Positions 1 to 10,050 of a DNA stretch of 64,000 nt are shown here, one piece after another. The first letter of the stretch is position 1; every line of letters starts with the position of its first letter. The position numbers and the translations under genes were made by a program. The notes under the pieces were generated by a model. It was not told the origin of the DNA. It saw nothing but the letters and a program-made list of their open reading frames with translations, and searched no databases. The stretch lies in sequence record MN794232.1, one strand, 5' to 3'.

Positions 1-106
1 TGCGAAGTGACACGCTCGTATCAATGCGCGAAAGCGTAACGAACGAAATCATGGCAGAACGTTACGAGAAAATTGCTCGTGACTTAAAACACATTGTAGG
101 TGCGTA

Positions 107-589
107 ATGAAAGTAATTGCAATTCACATTAACAACTTAACAACCGGTATGATGTGCGGGTCGCCACTCGCACAAGGTTCTTTCAATCTAATCGTTGATC
201 GTCTACCTAGCGAAGCAGTGTATGAACGACACGGGAGATTTCTGATCAGCAACACAGACGGTGTTTGGCGTCACTTTACAATCGGCGAACAAGGCGGATT
301 TGCAGGTCGTACGTTCAAACTACGCATGAAGGGTGGTACTGTATTCAAGAACAAAGGTTATCATTATGAAGAATTCAAAGGTAATCTGTGGGATACTGCT
401 GCGGGATTGCAAAAGTGTATGGAACTTGCTGGCGGTCCCTTGATGAGCGTTTCATTGCGTAGTTGTCGAGACAATGGCTGTTTCATTGGTGGATATTACT
501 TCAGTCAAGAAGAAGTTCTTTTGAAGTTCAGTCACTTGATTCGTTTTGCACCATCGACTCAAAACAGCGCGATTACATTCGGTGAGTAA
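107..589 (+). CDS. hypothetical protein
   Basis: 160-aa ORF in a co-oriented gene run; overlaps upstream stop. Confidence 0.7.
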   Translation: MKVIAIHINNLTTGMMCGSPLAQGSFNLIVDRLPSEAVYERHGRFLISNTDGVWRHFTIGEQGGFAGRTFKLRMKGGTVFKNKGYHYEEFKGNLWDTAAGLQKCMELAGGPLMSVSLRSCRDNGCFIGGYYFSQEEVLLKFSHLIRFAPSTQNSAITFGE

Positions 590-590
590 T

Positions 591-1223
591 ATGAAGATCA
601 ACAAGTTTCAAGTAGACGGCAAGCCGTTCTTGATGATTGATGACTTTCTACCTAGTGAAGTTGTTGATGAAATCGAGAACACGTTAAAATCAATTAACGA
701 TTGGGATCACGCCGACAACATCTTTGACTTCAATACGATTGTCAAAGACAAAACCGCGATACTGCAAGGTGACCAATATCGTTTGCGAACGGGTGTGTTA
801 GCTGAACTCGCAGAATCGACGCTCGACCGAATTCTTGAAATACTCGAAATTGAATTCGGGTGCAAGTATGACAAGTCAGAACTTCGCAAAATAAACGAAT
901 GGGAATATGCGTTTCGTTTTAATACATCGTATTATGAAAAAGTAAACGATGAAATGTTGTTTCATTATGACAGCAAAGGCGTAACATTCATGTATATGCC
1001 ATGTGAACAACACGACGACGGTACGTATTTCTTCGCTGACGGTGATCGTGACAAGCACGTATACACACTGAAACATAAGCGCGGGTCAGTTGCGATATTC
1101 AATGCAAGCGATATTATGCATTGTAGCGCAAAACCGTCGCCGCTTGATGACTACCGATACACTATGGTATGGCAGTTTGTGTTCCCGTCTCATCTTAAAC
1201 CAATTAGAGAAGTAATCGCATGA
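591..1223 (+). CDS. 2OG-Fe(II) oxygenase superfamily protein
   Basis: HxD (FHYD) ... H (DIMH) triad, DGTYF and G-S-V-A-I-F-N strands of the DSBH fold; start moved to MKINK. Confidence 0.75.
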   Translation: MKINKFQVDGKPFLMIDDFLPSEVVDEIENTLKSINDWDHADNIFDFNTIVKDKTAILQGDQYRLRTGVLAELAESTLDRILEILEIEFGCKYDKSELRKINEWEYAFRFNTSYYEKVNDEMLFHYDSKGVTFMYMPCEQHDDGTYFFADGDRDKHVYTLKHKRGSVAIFNASDIMHCSAKPSPLDDYRYTMVWQFVFPSHLKPIREVIA

Positions 1224-1834
1224 AATACGACAAATTTCAAATCGACGGGTGCGCGTTTGTATTGATTGAAGACCTATTGCCAGAAGATTTAGTTGAAAAA
1301 CTCGACAAAGCAATGAAGAAAGAACTTGCATGGCAACACGACGACAACATTTTTAAGTTTTGTCATTACGTTAAAGACCGTTCTGCAACGCTTCAAGGTG
1401 ACATGTTCGAACTTGCCGATGACCAAGAGTTGACTGAACTTTCAAATCAACTTTTACAGCATGTTCTGAATTTCATCAAATCCGAGTTCAATCACGAGTT
1501 CACGATTGAAGAACTAAAGCCAATATTTTCACGTGAACGAATTCACCGATACAAGCCGCATTACTACGACAATGCAAAAGGTAACCTGCTGTATCATAAA
1601 GATGCATGGATGACTATTTTCTACATGCCAGATGCGTATGCAGATGAAGGCACTCATTTTTATGCAAATGAAGACCCAGAGCAGCTTGTGTACACGCTGA
1701 AGCACAAACGTGGTATGATCGCATTATTCAACGGTGACATTCTACACGCACCAGCTAAGATGTCAGAAACAGACACGAATCGAATTGTGTTGACTATGCA
1801 GTATCATACCCACATTCAAGACATAATCTCATAG
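1220..1834 (+). CDS. 2OG-Fe(II) oxygenase, paralog of upstream gene
   Basis: YHKD ... DILH, EGTHF, YTLKHKRG shared with 591..1223. Confidence 0.75.
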   Translation: MKYDKFQIDGCAFVLIEDLLPEDLVEKLDKAMKKELAWQHDDNIFKFCHYVKDRSATLQGDMFELADDQELTELSNQLLQHVLNFIKSEFNHEFTIEELKPIFSRERIHRYKPHYYDNAKGNLLYHKDAWMTIFYMPDAYADEGTHFYANEDPEQLVYTLKHKRGMIALFNGDILHAPAKMSETDTNRIVLTMQYHTHIQDIIS

Positions 1835-1841
1835 GTGATAC

Positions 1842-2369
1842 ATGAACAGCCACAGAGCAGAGATCATCCAATTGAAACGACGTGTTTCTAAGCTAGAAGA
1901 ATTGGTGAAAACTCTCATAAATCGTGACGTTACACCCCGTAACGTTTTCGATGAAGAAGACGAGCACATTTCATTACATCCCGTTGATGACACATTCGAT
2001 ATGTTTCGAATCAAACGTGAGCTATTGCAAGCAATGTCTCAACAATCTGTGCGTTATCTCGATATTACGTTCGAGAACTACCCTGACGTAGCTAGACACA
2101 AAGTGTATCAGAACCATCTAATGCAAGATGTCGGTATGTCAGATGCCGACCGCAAGAAACTTGCAAAGACTCGTTACATGATTGCCGATGAAATGTCAGT
2201 GGGTGATGAGTTCGAATGTCCTGGATGTGGTGAGAAAGTCATTAAGAAATCTTACCAGCATCGTTTCTGTGGTGTGAAGAAACAAGGTCAGAGCAATTGC
2301 AAAGACTTTATCAACAATTGGTTTAATCCAAAGCGTTTAGAACGCACACTCGAATGGCTTGAAAAATGA
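1842..2369 (+). CDS. hypothetical protein with C-terminal Cys zinc-finger motif
   Basis: CPGC...RFC...C motif; N-terminal coiled coil. Confidence 0.7.
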   Translation: MNSHRAEIIQLKRRVSKLEELVKTLINRDVTPRNVFDEEDEHISLHPVDDTFDMFRIKRELLQAMSQQSVRYLDITFENYPDVARHKVYQNHLMQDVGMSDADRKKLAKTRYMIADEMSVGDEFECPGCGEKVIKKSYQHRFCGVKKQGQSNCKDFINNWFNPKRLERTLEWLEK

Positions 2370-2614
2370 AGACAAGAATAGTAAGATTTGAAGACGGTAC
2401 GGGAAAATCACTGTATCGCATACAGTTCAAGAATTGGTATTGGCCATTCTGGACATTTTACAAACGCATGAATGAAGCGGGAAGTGAAGGCATTGTTGAG
2501 TGTGAGACTATTGAAGGTGCAATTGAGTGTCTTCAATGCGACGCTCAACGAGAACTATACAAACAACGCGAGTTCAAAGAAGTTGTAGGAATTTATGATG
2601 ATCAAATCCGTTAA
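2366..2614 (+). CDS. hypothetical protein
   Basis: ORF overlapping the previous stop (ATGA). Confidence 0.65.
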   Translation: MKTRIVRFEDGTGKSLYRIQFKNWYWPFWTFYKRMNEAGSEGIVECETIEGAIECLQCDAQRELYKQREFKEVVGIYDDQIR

Positions 2615-2948
2615 AGCTTTATTCAGTAAACGCAAATGGAATGTGGTAGGTCGTTCTGAAAATCTCGATTTATGGACAGTGACTACTCGCAGACCACAAG
2701 TGAAATGTCGATTACTATTGAAAGAAGATCAGTACGGGAATCGTGATTATGAACTTGACATGCTCGACGACTCTCCTGTTAATTACAATAGTTCAATTCG
2801 CTATTGCATGATTGACCAAATCATCCCGCGTGAATACATTCACAAGTTCTTGAAAGGTTGGTCAGTAGACAAAATCAACCGCATTTACGGGAAGACTGTC
2901 TTTACCATTGAGAAAACGCCATACGAGTCTTTCAAAGACTGGCGTTAA
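2595..2948 (+). CDS. hypothetical protein
   Basis: ORF followed by terminator. Confidence 0.65.
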   Translation: MMIKSVKALFSKRKWNVVGRSENLDLWTVTTRRPQVKCRLLLKEDQYGNRDYELDMLDDSPVNYNSSIRYCMIDQIIPREYIHKFLKGWSVDKINRIYGKTVFTIEKTPYESFKDWR

Positions 2949-2949
2949 T

Positions 2950-2976
2950 AAAAGCCCCTTAATTGGGGCTTTTTTA
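2950..2976 (+). terminator. intrinsic terminator
   Basis: AAAAGCCCC-TTAATT-GGGGCTTTTTT. Confidence 0.85.
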
Positions 2977-3069
2977 GGTTTGATGAAAATAATTGAAAAA
3001 AGTTATTGACGAGTGTTTAGAATTTGCCTAATATGTGTCTATCGAAACGAAACAACGAAAGAGAAAATT

Positions 3070-3399
3070 ATGACTACAATCACATTTACGAGCGACACGC
3101 ACTTCAGTCACGCTTCTGTTTCTTCAAATGATCTAGTGACTAAGCTGTTCAAAGAGATTCTTCGTCAGAACAACATTAGCTATCGCAAATTGTACCGCGA
3201 GAAACGCACGTCAACGCATCGTAGCAACATTAGCGGCAAGAGCGTACGATTCGTCGGGATTAGTCATACAATCGCTGAGAAGCGCATACAAGACGTTTTA
3301 AACGAGTTCAACGCTATCATGCCAGATACTTACGTTGTTGAGTACAACAAGCCATGGTGTCGTTATGCATGTGCATCATTTCAAATTTTTAAGAAGTAG
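3070..3399 (+). CDS. hypothetical early protein
   Basis: AGAGAAAATTATG RBS; upstream TTGACG..TAATAT promoter. Confidence 0.7.
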   Translation: MTTITFTSDTHFSHASVSSNDLVTKLFKEILRQNNISYRKLYREKRTSTHRSNISGKSVRFVGISHTIAEKRIQDVLNEFNAIMPDTYVVEYNKPWCRYACASFQIFKK

Positions 3400-3402
3400 A
3401 TT

Positions 3403-3750
3403 ATGATTAAAAAAGACGTTAGTCGCCTCACGGTAGGCGACATCAATTACGACACTGATTGGACGAGTACTATCATCTTAGATGAAGGCGTCTACAAACT
3501 TTCAGGTGTTCAAAAAGACGGTGAGAAACTGCCTGACTTTGAGCACGAAGAACTTGAACACGTGATCGCGGTTGTTAATCAATCAATCGCTGATAGAACA
3601 AGCGGATCATTCATGCGACAGTTCAATCGTCACATTGTCATTGAATCGACAAACAGCTTGCTGCATGTTCGCTTAGGTTACGGTTCGTATGATAGTAAAT
3701 CACCAATGCATTACTTGCACGAGATTAAAATCGAGGTTAAAAATGACTAA
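3403..3750 (+). CDS. hypothetical protein
   Basis: ORF in operon. Confidence 0.65.
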   Translation: MIKKDVSRLTVGDINYDTDWTSTIILDEGVYKLSGVQKDGEKLPDFEHEELEHVIAVVNQSIADRTSGSFMRQFNRHIVIESTNSLLHVRLGYGSYDSKSPMHYLHEIKIEVKND

Positions 3751-4177
3751 AGGTTGGTCAGATTACGAGCTTGAAGGTCGCTCAAAACAAGAACCTGTTC
3801 GACACAAGATGCAAGATTCAGTCGATGAAATGTGTCGTATTATGCGAGACGAGCATGATCGTTTCAGCGTCTCGACTCACACGGTTGATTTCGACAATGG
3901 TATTGAGTTATGGCGCAGCGATATGACTTGCATTTGGACTGATAGAACTACTCAAAAGGTATTCACGTGGGACCAAGCAAAACAGCTTCGTGATGCATAT
4001 GACGACGGTATGCAGACTAAGAAGACTAAAGCACAAGAAGAAATCGAACGCAAATTCTTGCGCAAAAAACAACGTCCTCAAGAGCCAGTAGCTGAGAAAA
4101 ACAGTGATCGTGGCATTGGCGTCGAAATGGTTGGGATTAAGAAGTCAGATAAACGCTGGTGGGAGTTTTGGAAATGA
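3743..4177 (+). CDS. hypothetical protein
   Basis: GAGG RBS, start MTKGW. Confidence 0.65.
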   Translation: MTKGWSDYELEGRSKQEPVRHKMQDSVDEMCRIMRDEHDRFSVSTHTVDFDNGIELWRSDMTCIWTDRTTQKVFTWDQAKQLRDAYDDGMQTKKTKAQEEIERKFLRKKQRPQEPVAEKNSDRGIGVEMVGIKKSDKRWWEFWK

Positions 4178-4638
4178 AATCACAAGAAGAATTTGCACGT
4201 CAAGCAATGCGCGTAAGAGCAGCCGTTGGCTTGTTTGATACAGACATTAGCTTCCAAGAAGCATTAAACGATGATTTGTCTCATCGTGGTCAGCGTGTCA
4301 TGTCAGCGTTACCAGACAACATTCAGTTCATGTGGCAGAAACGCGACGAAATGAACGAAAAGATTTTAGCTGAAATCAGTTGTATCGAAAAGCGCATTGA
4401 CAAAACGCTATGCGAAATCAACGATCCGTTATATGCAATCGGCAAATACGTAGCGAAGAAATCAGGCAAGCCGTTTAAAGGCGGCGAAGATATTGTCAAA
4501 GTGACGGGTATTACAAGACACCCTCACGTCGATGGGTATGCGTTTACTTACAACTACTCAGAAGAAGACGGTACACTGGCACAATCATACATTCACACAG
4601 CTATGGTAATTATCAACTATTCTAGTTTGAAATTATGA
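4174..4638 (+). CDS. hypothetical protein
   Basis: ATGA overlap with previous stop. Confidence 0.65.
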   Translation: MKSQEEFARQAMRVRAAVGLFDTDISFQEALNDDLSHRGQRVMSALPDNIQFMWQKRDEMNEKILAEISCIEKRIDKTLCEINDPLYAIGKYVAKKSGKPFKGGEDIVKVTGITRHPHVDGYAFTYNYSEEDGTLAQSYIHTAMVIINYSSLKL

Positions 4639-5105
4639 TCATTTATGAAAACGGGATCCCCGTCAAGACTCACGAACATCAACCAGAGAGTAAAACAATG
4701 TTAGAAAAAGTAAACGAATTTGTAAAAGCAAAGCCACTTGTATCACTTGCACTTGCCGTTGCAATCGGTGTAATTGGTACTAAAGTGATTCAATCTGATC
4801 CACTTGCTGAAAAACCGCTATTGAAATACCGCGTCGTGTACGAATACAACAAAGATTACGGCCGTGATTGTGGTGATTTAGGCGACGGTTACTACTGGTA
4901 CACGCAAGAACTCAACGAAGGCATCATCTTCGATAACTGGAAGCCAAGTGGCTGGTGTTCAGAAACTGAATCAGGTGCGCGTGAGTTGGCAGAAAGCGCG
5001 ATTAAAAAGCGCATCGAAACTGAAAACTCGAAAGCGCGTGTATATCAAGCATGGGCAACTAAGGAAGACTCGGTTCGTTTCGAGCCTCTAAAGGTGACTG
5101 AATGA
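4635..5105 (+). CDS. hypothetical membrane-anchored protein
   Basis: hydrophobic stretch LVSLALAVAIGVIG. Confidence 0.65.
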   Translation: MIIYENGIPVKTHEHQPESKTMLEKVNEFVKAKPLVSLALAVAIGVIGTKVIQSDPLAEKPLLKYRVVYEYNKDYGRDCGDLGDGYYWYTQELNEGIIFDNWKPSGWCSETESGARELAESAIKKRIETENSKARVYQAWATKEDSVRFEPLKVTE

Positions 5106-5431
5106 TCTCACTAGGTACATTGATTGCACTGTTCGCAGTGCATTTCATTGCAGATTTCTTCGTACAAACTGAACATCAAGCAATGAACAAGAGCAAAGAC
5201 ATATGGCCATTAGCTAGACACTGCCTAACATACGCACTGTGCTTCTTGCCATTTGGTATTATGTTCGCAATCGTAACTGGTATGCTGCACATGGTTGTCG
5301 ATTACATGACTTCAAGAATGACAAGCTCACTTTGGGCGAAAGGTGAAACTCGTAAATTCTTCCAAGTCATCGGGTTCGATCAGTTCTTACATGCAGTTAG
5401 TTTAGTAACGATGTACGTAATTTTGAATTAA
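5102..5431 (+). CDS. DUF3307-like membrane protein
   Basis: HFIADFFVQT...H...H..VDY...GFDQFLH pattern. Confidence 0.65.
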   Translation: MISLGTLIALFAVHFIADFFVQTEHQAMNKSKDIWPLARHCLTYALCFLPFGIMFAIVTGMLHMVVDYMTSRMTSSLWAKGETRKFFQVIGFDQFLHAVSLVTMYVILN

Positions 5432-5438
5432 TTAAAGA

Positions 5439-5474
5439 AAAGTGGTTGCTCTATGCAGCCACTTTCTGTATTAT
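5439..5474 (+). promoter_or_regulatory. sigma70-type early promoter overlapping a terminator-like hairpin
   Basis: TTGCTC-17-TATTAT; -35 lies in stem AAAGTGGTTGC/GCAGCCACTTT. Confidence 0.6.
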
Positions 5475-5513
5475 AGCTACATCAAGTGACGAGTTAAACA
5501 AAAAGAGAACATT

Positions 5514-5762
5514 ATGAAAATCAATCTTCGCAAACTTCTAATGTGGTGGGACGAAAACGAACAAGCTGCTGACGAGTTCACGAACTTCGTGCTTGAGTAT
5601 GCAATGAAAGCTGGTAGTGACAACTTCATTTCAGATTATGCAACTCACTTGCGTGATTCTGGCAAGTACACTGTACCAAATCTAGCTGATTTAGAATCTC
5701 TTCTTCGTCATGCGGGATTAAAATCTGAGTTTGATGGTCGTCACACTCGCATCGTTCTATAA
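5514..5762 (+). CDS. hypothetical early protein
   Basis: AGAGAACATTATG start motif. Confidence 0.7.
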   Translation: MKINLRKLLMWWDENEQAADEFTNFVLEYAMKAGSDNFISDYATHLRDSGKYTVPNLADLESLLRHAGLKSEFDGRHTRIVL

Positions 5763-5771
5763 GAGGTCAAT

Positions 5772-6191
5772 ATGTTAAAGAAAATATGGCAAACATTATT
5801 TCCAGACCCTGAATGGAAAGTAGCAGCATACACAGCTCAGAAGTCGTTCGATGTATCTAGCTCTTGGTGTAATAAAGGGGTTATTAAGTGTCGTGCAGTT
5901 ATTCTAGTAGACAAGCATGACCGCCGACAAGTCAGAGTCGTATTCGATGAGTACGATTATGGTCGAGAAATATCAGCGTACAATGAGAACTTAATTCGAA
6001 AAATCTTATCGAGTAATAGTCTGGCATTGATTCGAGGCTCGATGAGTACCAGAAAGTTGAATAGCTATGATGGATTTGATCTGTGCGAACACCACGAAGC
6101 ATTCTACGATTGGGAAACATTCAAGAATAACTTCATTTATGGTGAAGTTGATTTATGCGGGAACTTAATTGAGAAAAGCGAAGCGGAATAG
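5772..6191 (+). CDS. hypothetical protein
   Basis: GAGG RBS. Confidence 0.65.
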   Translation: MLKKIWQTLFPDPEWKVAAYTAQKSFDVSSSWCNKGVIKCRAVILVDKHDRRQVRVVFDEYDYGREISAYNENLIRKILSSNSLALIRGSMSTRKLNSYDGFDLCEHHEAFYDWETFKNNFIYGEVDLCGNLIEKSEAE

Positions 6192-6271
6192 CCAACTGAG
6201 GCGGAAAAATTCCGCATCATCTTAGTAGAATTAGTGGTTTTAGTGAAGTTAGTAATATTAGGAGTATTAGA

Positions 6272-6967
6272 ATGAAGAAGCTCGTACTTGTAGCTGCCGC
6301 TGCTGTAGCTCTTGTTGGATGTGGTGAATTGCCACGTCTGGAAACTAAGACAGACAAGAAATTCACCACGGTTAATGCAGTTGTGAACAAAAAAGAGCGT
6401 GAAATGATTAACTACTGGATGGCAGATGCTGACGGTAGTAACTATCTTTACAACAAGCTTTGGACTGCTCTTGCTACTCGTAACAAATACGGTTCTAATG
6501 CTGTGCGTCGTTCAGATGATGAAGTCCCGTTCTGTGATGTCATTGTAGCCCTTGCTAAATCTGAAGAAGGTATTCGAAGCACGTACGAGCGCACATTTAA
6601 CAATCAGTGGCGAACTCAATACGGCATTAGTCTTAATCAGCAATGTGGTTATACTCCACCAGAAACACTCGAAGAGCAAGCAGAGCGCATTGAGCAACTT
6701 GAAATGCAAGCTGATTTGAAAAAGCGTGAGCAACAAGCACAGAGTATTGAAACACTTGATGACGTTGCCGACGCGACGACTGAGCTACTTGATCCGCATG
6801 AATACGACTATCTGATCGAATCGGCACGCGAGTGTAATCGAGCCAAAACCAAATTGCTTGAACTAACGCAAGCAGGCAAACCTCTGACACAAGCTGACGG
6901 CTCAGATGCACGTAAGCTAATTATCGAATGCAAAATGCATAAACTTGAAGTTGAATTGAATAAGTGA
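6272..6967 (+). CDS. putative lipoprotein (paralog of 18811..19530)
   Basis: signal peptide with lipobox LVGC; shared EVPFCDVI, CNRAK, KLEVELNK. Confidence 0.75.
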   Translation: MKKLVLVAAAAVALVGCGELPRLETKTDKKFTTVNAVVNKKEREMINYWMADADGSNYLYNKLWTALATRNKYGSNAVRRSDDEVPFCDVIVALAKSEEGIRSTYERTFNNQWRTQYGISLNQQCGYTPPETLEEQAERIEQLEMQADLKKREQQAQSIETLDDVADATTELLDPHEYDYLIESARECNRAKTKLLELTQAGKPLTQADGSDARKLIIECKMHKLEVELNK

Positions 6968-6974
6968 GAAAAGC

Positions 6975-7757
6975 ATGTTGAGAACAAATATTGCGATTGA
7001 AGAACTGAAAATCCGAATGCATCCGTTCGATCAAGTTGCGAACGCAAACAACGACGATAGCTCAGTTCGCGACTGGCGGCAAATCCCTGACGTTGCTAAT
7101 GACAATATCCTGAAGAACTCGGTTCTACCGTCGTGGGTAATTCGAGAGTTTCACTGGCGTGATATTTCATTCAATCAACCATCAATGGGTGATCTGCCCG
7201 TTGAGTACAAAACAGAAGCAGGTGAAATTGGTAAGTGCCAATCGCATTATCTCGGTGAACTTGATGATTGCAAGTTCTGGCGCCCTGACATTGTATCTTT
7301 GAATGCTCAGTTCATTGATTCAAAAGACGTTGATAAAGCCCTTGCCGAATTGCAAGCCGTTGATGTGTTTGACGCTTCACAAGGATTCGCTGACGGTCGA
7401 CCTGACCCGGTTAGTCACAATGAACACGGTATCACCGATGATGAGCTTGAAGCTGCAATCGTCGAAGCTGAAATGGCAGCGGCTGTGGATGCTTTAAAAG
7501 TTGAGTCGCAATCGTTGTTCGATCCAGATCATGTTTATTACATGAATGAAAAGTATTATATTATCGGTGACGACCCGTTTGACGAAAATTACTGCTATGC
7601 GTTGAATGCTGCAAAATACCCACAGCGTATTGCAAAATCTCAACTCGTAACCGATGAGCAATACAAAGAAGCTGAAGTTTTGAAGAGTCAGTTCCCACAG
7701 ATGTGGACTGCTCAAGATTACGCAAAGCTTGCTAAGTTCATTCGCAGCAAAAAGTAG
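6975..7757 (+). CDS. hypothetical acidic protein
   Basis: 260-aa ORF. Confidence 0.7.
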   Translation: MLRTNIAIEELKIRMHPFDQVANANNDDSSVRDWRQIPDVANDNILKNSVLPSWVIREFHWRDISFNQPSMGDLPVEYKTEAGEIGKCQSHYLGELDDCKFWRPDIVSLNAQFIDSKDVDKALAELQAVDVFDASQGFADGRPDPVSHNEHGITDDELEAAIVEAEMAAAVDALKVESQSLFDPDHVYYMNEKYYIIGDDPFDENYCYALNAAKYPQRIAKSQLVTDEQYKEAEVLKSQFPQMWTAQDYAKLAKFIRSKK

Positions 7758-7785
7758 TTCCGATGCGGGTTGTTACGACATCCCG

Positions 7786-7793
7786 CATAAATA
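7786..7793 (+). promoter_or_regulatory. T4-type late promoter variant
   Basis: CATAAATA (consensus TATAAATA) 32 nt before ATG 7826. Confidence 0.6.
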
Positions 7794-7825
7794 GTTCTAT
7801 ATGGACTAACAAGGAAATTACGACA

Positions 7826-8356
7826 ATGCCAACTCCTACAACAGGTGCGATTTCAATCGGTACCGTTCGTGATTATTTCAGTAGAACCGGCGCTGCTTCA
7901 TTGTCTCAGTACTACAGAGGCGGCGGTATTGTTCCTGATATTACTGAAAATGCTCACGTACCAACTTCAGGCGCGATTAGCTTGAATGACTTGCGCGGTG
8001 TATATCGCTTGTCAACGTATACGACATCGTTTACGACAACATACAACACCACGGTTTCGACATCGAATACGACTTCGCGTAGTACGTCAAGAAGTACAAC
8101 TAGAAGTACTGCATACAATACAACTCGCTCGACTGCGTATACTACTACTTGGACAACTAGCCGAACTACGTCGGTGACTAAAGGTTCGTATTCGACATCA
8201 TACACGACTTCTCGTGCTACATCACGTTCAACATCATATAGCACGACACGTTCAACAGCTTATACGTCTACGTGGACAACATCATGGACAACTACGTACA
8301 ACACAACAATATCAACATCAAACACAACCTCGCGAAGCACGCAAGTTGCAGTTTAA
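7826..8356 (+). CDS. Ser/Thr-rich repeat protein, putative virion/tail-tip adhesin
   Basis: AAGGA RBS; N-terminal PTTGAIS...SLSQYYRGG...VPTSGAISL domain; 74 of 110 C-terminal residues are S/T. Confidence 0.75.
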   Translation: MPTPTTGAISIGTVRDYFSRTGAASLSQYYRGGGIVPDITENAHVPTSGAISLNDLRGVYRLSTYTTSFTTTYNTTVSTSNTTSRSTSRSTTRSTAYNTTRSTAYTTTWTTSRTTSVTKGSYSTSYTTSRATSRSTSYSTTRSTAYTSTWTTSWTTTYNTTISTSNTTSRSTQVAV

Positions 8357-8368
8357 CAGGGTTAAATT

Positions 8369-8587
8369 ATGAGCTACAATGAAGAACACGAGAACCGAAT
8401 CAACGAGCTTGAGAACAAGGTTTCAAAGCTTGAGTCGATAATTGAAAATCTGGTTGAGTCAATGACTTCGAACAGCGAAGCTATTATCGAACATATTGCA
8501 TCACTTGAGACCGAGAGAGATTCGATTCTTGCATCATATGATGACAAACTTAATGAGATCGTGACCAAATATGAACCCAAGCAATAG
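8369..8587 (+). CDS. small coiled-coil protein
   Basis: heptad pattern INELENKVSKLESII. Confidence 0.7.
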   Translation: MSYNEEHENRINELENKVSKLESIIENLVESMTSNSEAIIEHIASLETERDSILASYDDKLNEIVTKYEPKQ

Positions 8588-9425
8588 AGAAATGACTGGG
8601 TTCAATAACATTTCTCGCACCGGTAAGTTGAAATTACAAGCCGATGCAGACAACGTCCGTGCCATGTGTATGGACGTTGTTCGTTTATTGAACTCCAAAA
8701 ATATACCATCTAACTTCGACATCAATCACAATGACGGTGGTAACATCGGCGTGCATGAATGGGTGTCACAAATCCGCTTCATTCACTTGAAATACATGAA
8801 CGTTAATTTCCAAACGAAGATTTTCAAGCATGCCTATCATAACACTGAAAACGTCGTTGACTATTTTGACACGTTCAAACATTCTGACAAATATCATCTT
8901 TCAGCGAAGCCTCGATTCTTAGAATATGAAAACGTCGTATTTCTATGCGGATCGAATGTACTTGAAGTGGCAATTGACTTTGACAAGATTGATGCGTTGG
9001 TCGAACAATATCCCGATTTAGTGATCAAACCTCATCCGATTACGACGCTGTATTACATCAATATGCTTAAAACTCGATATGGATCGAATCGCGTGCTTTC
9101 TCAGAAGATCAGCGGTGTTGATGTTCTTAAATCTGCTAAACGTGTTTGGCTGCCTTCAACGTCTGAGTTCTGGTTTAGTGCCTTGAACTACGACAAAGAA
9201 ATCGGGTTTATCTCTAAAGATGGTTTCTGTGGAACGTACACGTCAATCATCAACGCAGTATGGGAATTGCATGAAGAAACCGGTGAGCCATTGAAAGATA
9301 TTGTGAATAAAATTATCTCGTCACCTTACTCAGGTCTGTATGGTAGTATGGCAGACTTTGAAGAGCATCACGAGAAATACTGTAATGTGATTCTAGAACT
9401 AGGGGGTAATTTCGATAATGTATGA
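8571..9425 (+). CDS. GT-B fold glycosyltransferase-like (capsule-synthesis/KpsS-like C-terminus)
   Basis: LVIKPHP and AKRVWLPSTSEFWFSALNYDKEI resemble KxHP and D-V-x-T-x-x-S-T/S-x-x-x-E-A-L motifs. Confidence 0.5.
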   Translation: MNPSNREMTGFNNISRTGKLKLQADADNVRAMCMDVVRLLNSKNIPSNFDINHNDGGNIGVHEWVSQIRFIHLKYMNVNFQTKIFKHAYHNTENVVDYFDTFKHSDKYHLSAKPRFLEYENVVFLCGSNVLEVAIDFDKIDALVEQYPDLVIKPHPITTLYYINMLKTRYGSNRVLSQKISGVDVLKSAKRVWLPSTSEFWFSALNYDKEIGFISKDGFCGTYTSIINAVWELHEETGEPLKDIVNKIISSPYSGLYGSMADFEEHHEKYCNVILELGGNFDNV

Positions 9426-10050
9426 TTATGTAATTCACACTTCGATTAGTGACAAAAGTCAGTTAAACCAACTAGCAATGTTTGTCGGGTCTTTCATCGA
9501 GACGCACAAAAAAGGTCGCGTGGTCTGCGTGACTGATCTTGAACTTGATTTCACGATGCCTCGATTGTCATTTGAGAAAAAACTACCCGAAGAGTACGTT
9601 TTCATTTCAGTTGACAATCTATTTTTGCAAAAAACGTACGGTGTGGTTAGCTACATTGATAGCGGCACTTGGCGATGTACTTGGCAAAAGAATGATCATG
9701 ATGAGTTCGTTATTAAAAAGCATGGCGAAAGAAGCGGGTTGATTCACCCTGATATTGCAATTGCAAATTACAATGTTTCTAGACATGGCGATCTCGACAT
9801 GTATTACAACGCGCTTCGTTATATTGAGAACGCCATCACGATCAACTGCAAAGACTTTGCTCCTGCTGCTGAGAATAAAATCAACAGCTTTTACACGCTT
9901 GTATTTCCATGGGAGATTTATTTTCACGTCATGATCACTTACCAAGAGTATATTGATTCTGAATACGTTGAGCGAGTTCGCGCTAACTGTCATAAGTTCG
10001 CACACTCAGTTTATTACAGAAAATCGGGGTTGTTGCGTGATGGGTTATGA
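9418..10050 (+). CDS. hypothetical, possibly GT-A-like transferase
   Basis: N-terminal beta-alpha-beta pattern (YVIHTSISD...VVCVTD); weak. Confidence 0.35.
   Translation: MYDYVIHTSISDKSQLNQLAMFVGSFIETHKKGRVVCVTDLELDFTMPRLSFEKKLPEEYVFISVDNLFLQKTYGVVSYIDSGTWRCTWQKNDHDEFVIKKHGERSGLIHPDIAIANYNVSRHGDLDMYYNALRYIENAITINCKDFAPAAENKINSFYTLVFPWEIYFHVMITYQEYIDSEYVERVRANCHKFAHSVYYRKSGLLRDGL

Noticed and set aside
7954-8244. Antisense Val-rich ORF and other opposite-strand ORFs in the track
   Set aside because: Shadows of real genes; no RBS or promoter support.
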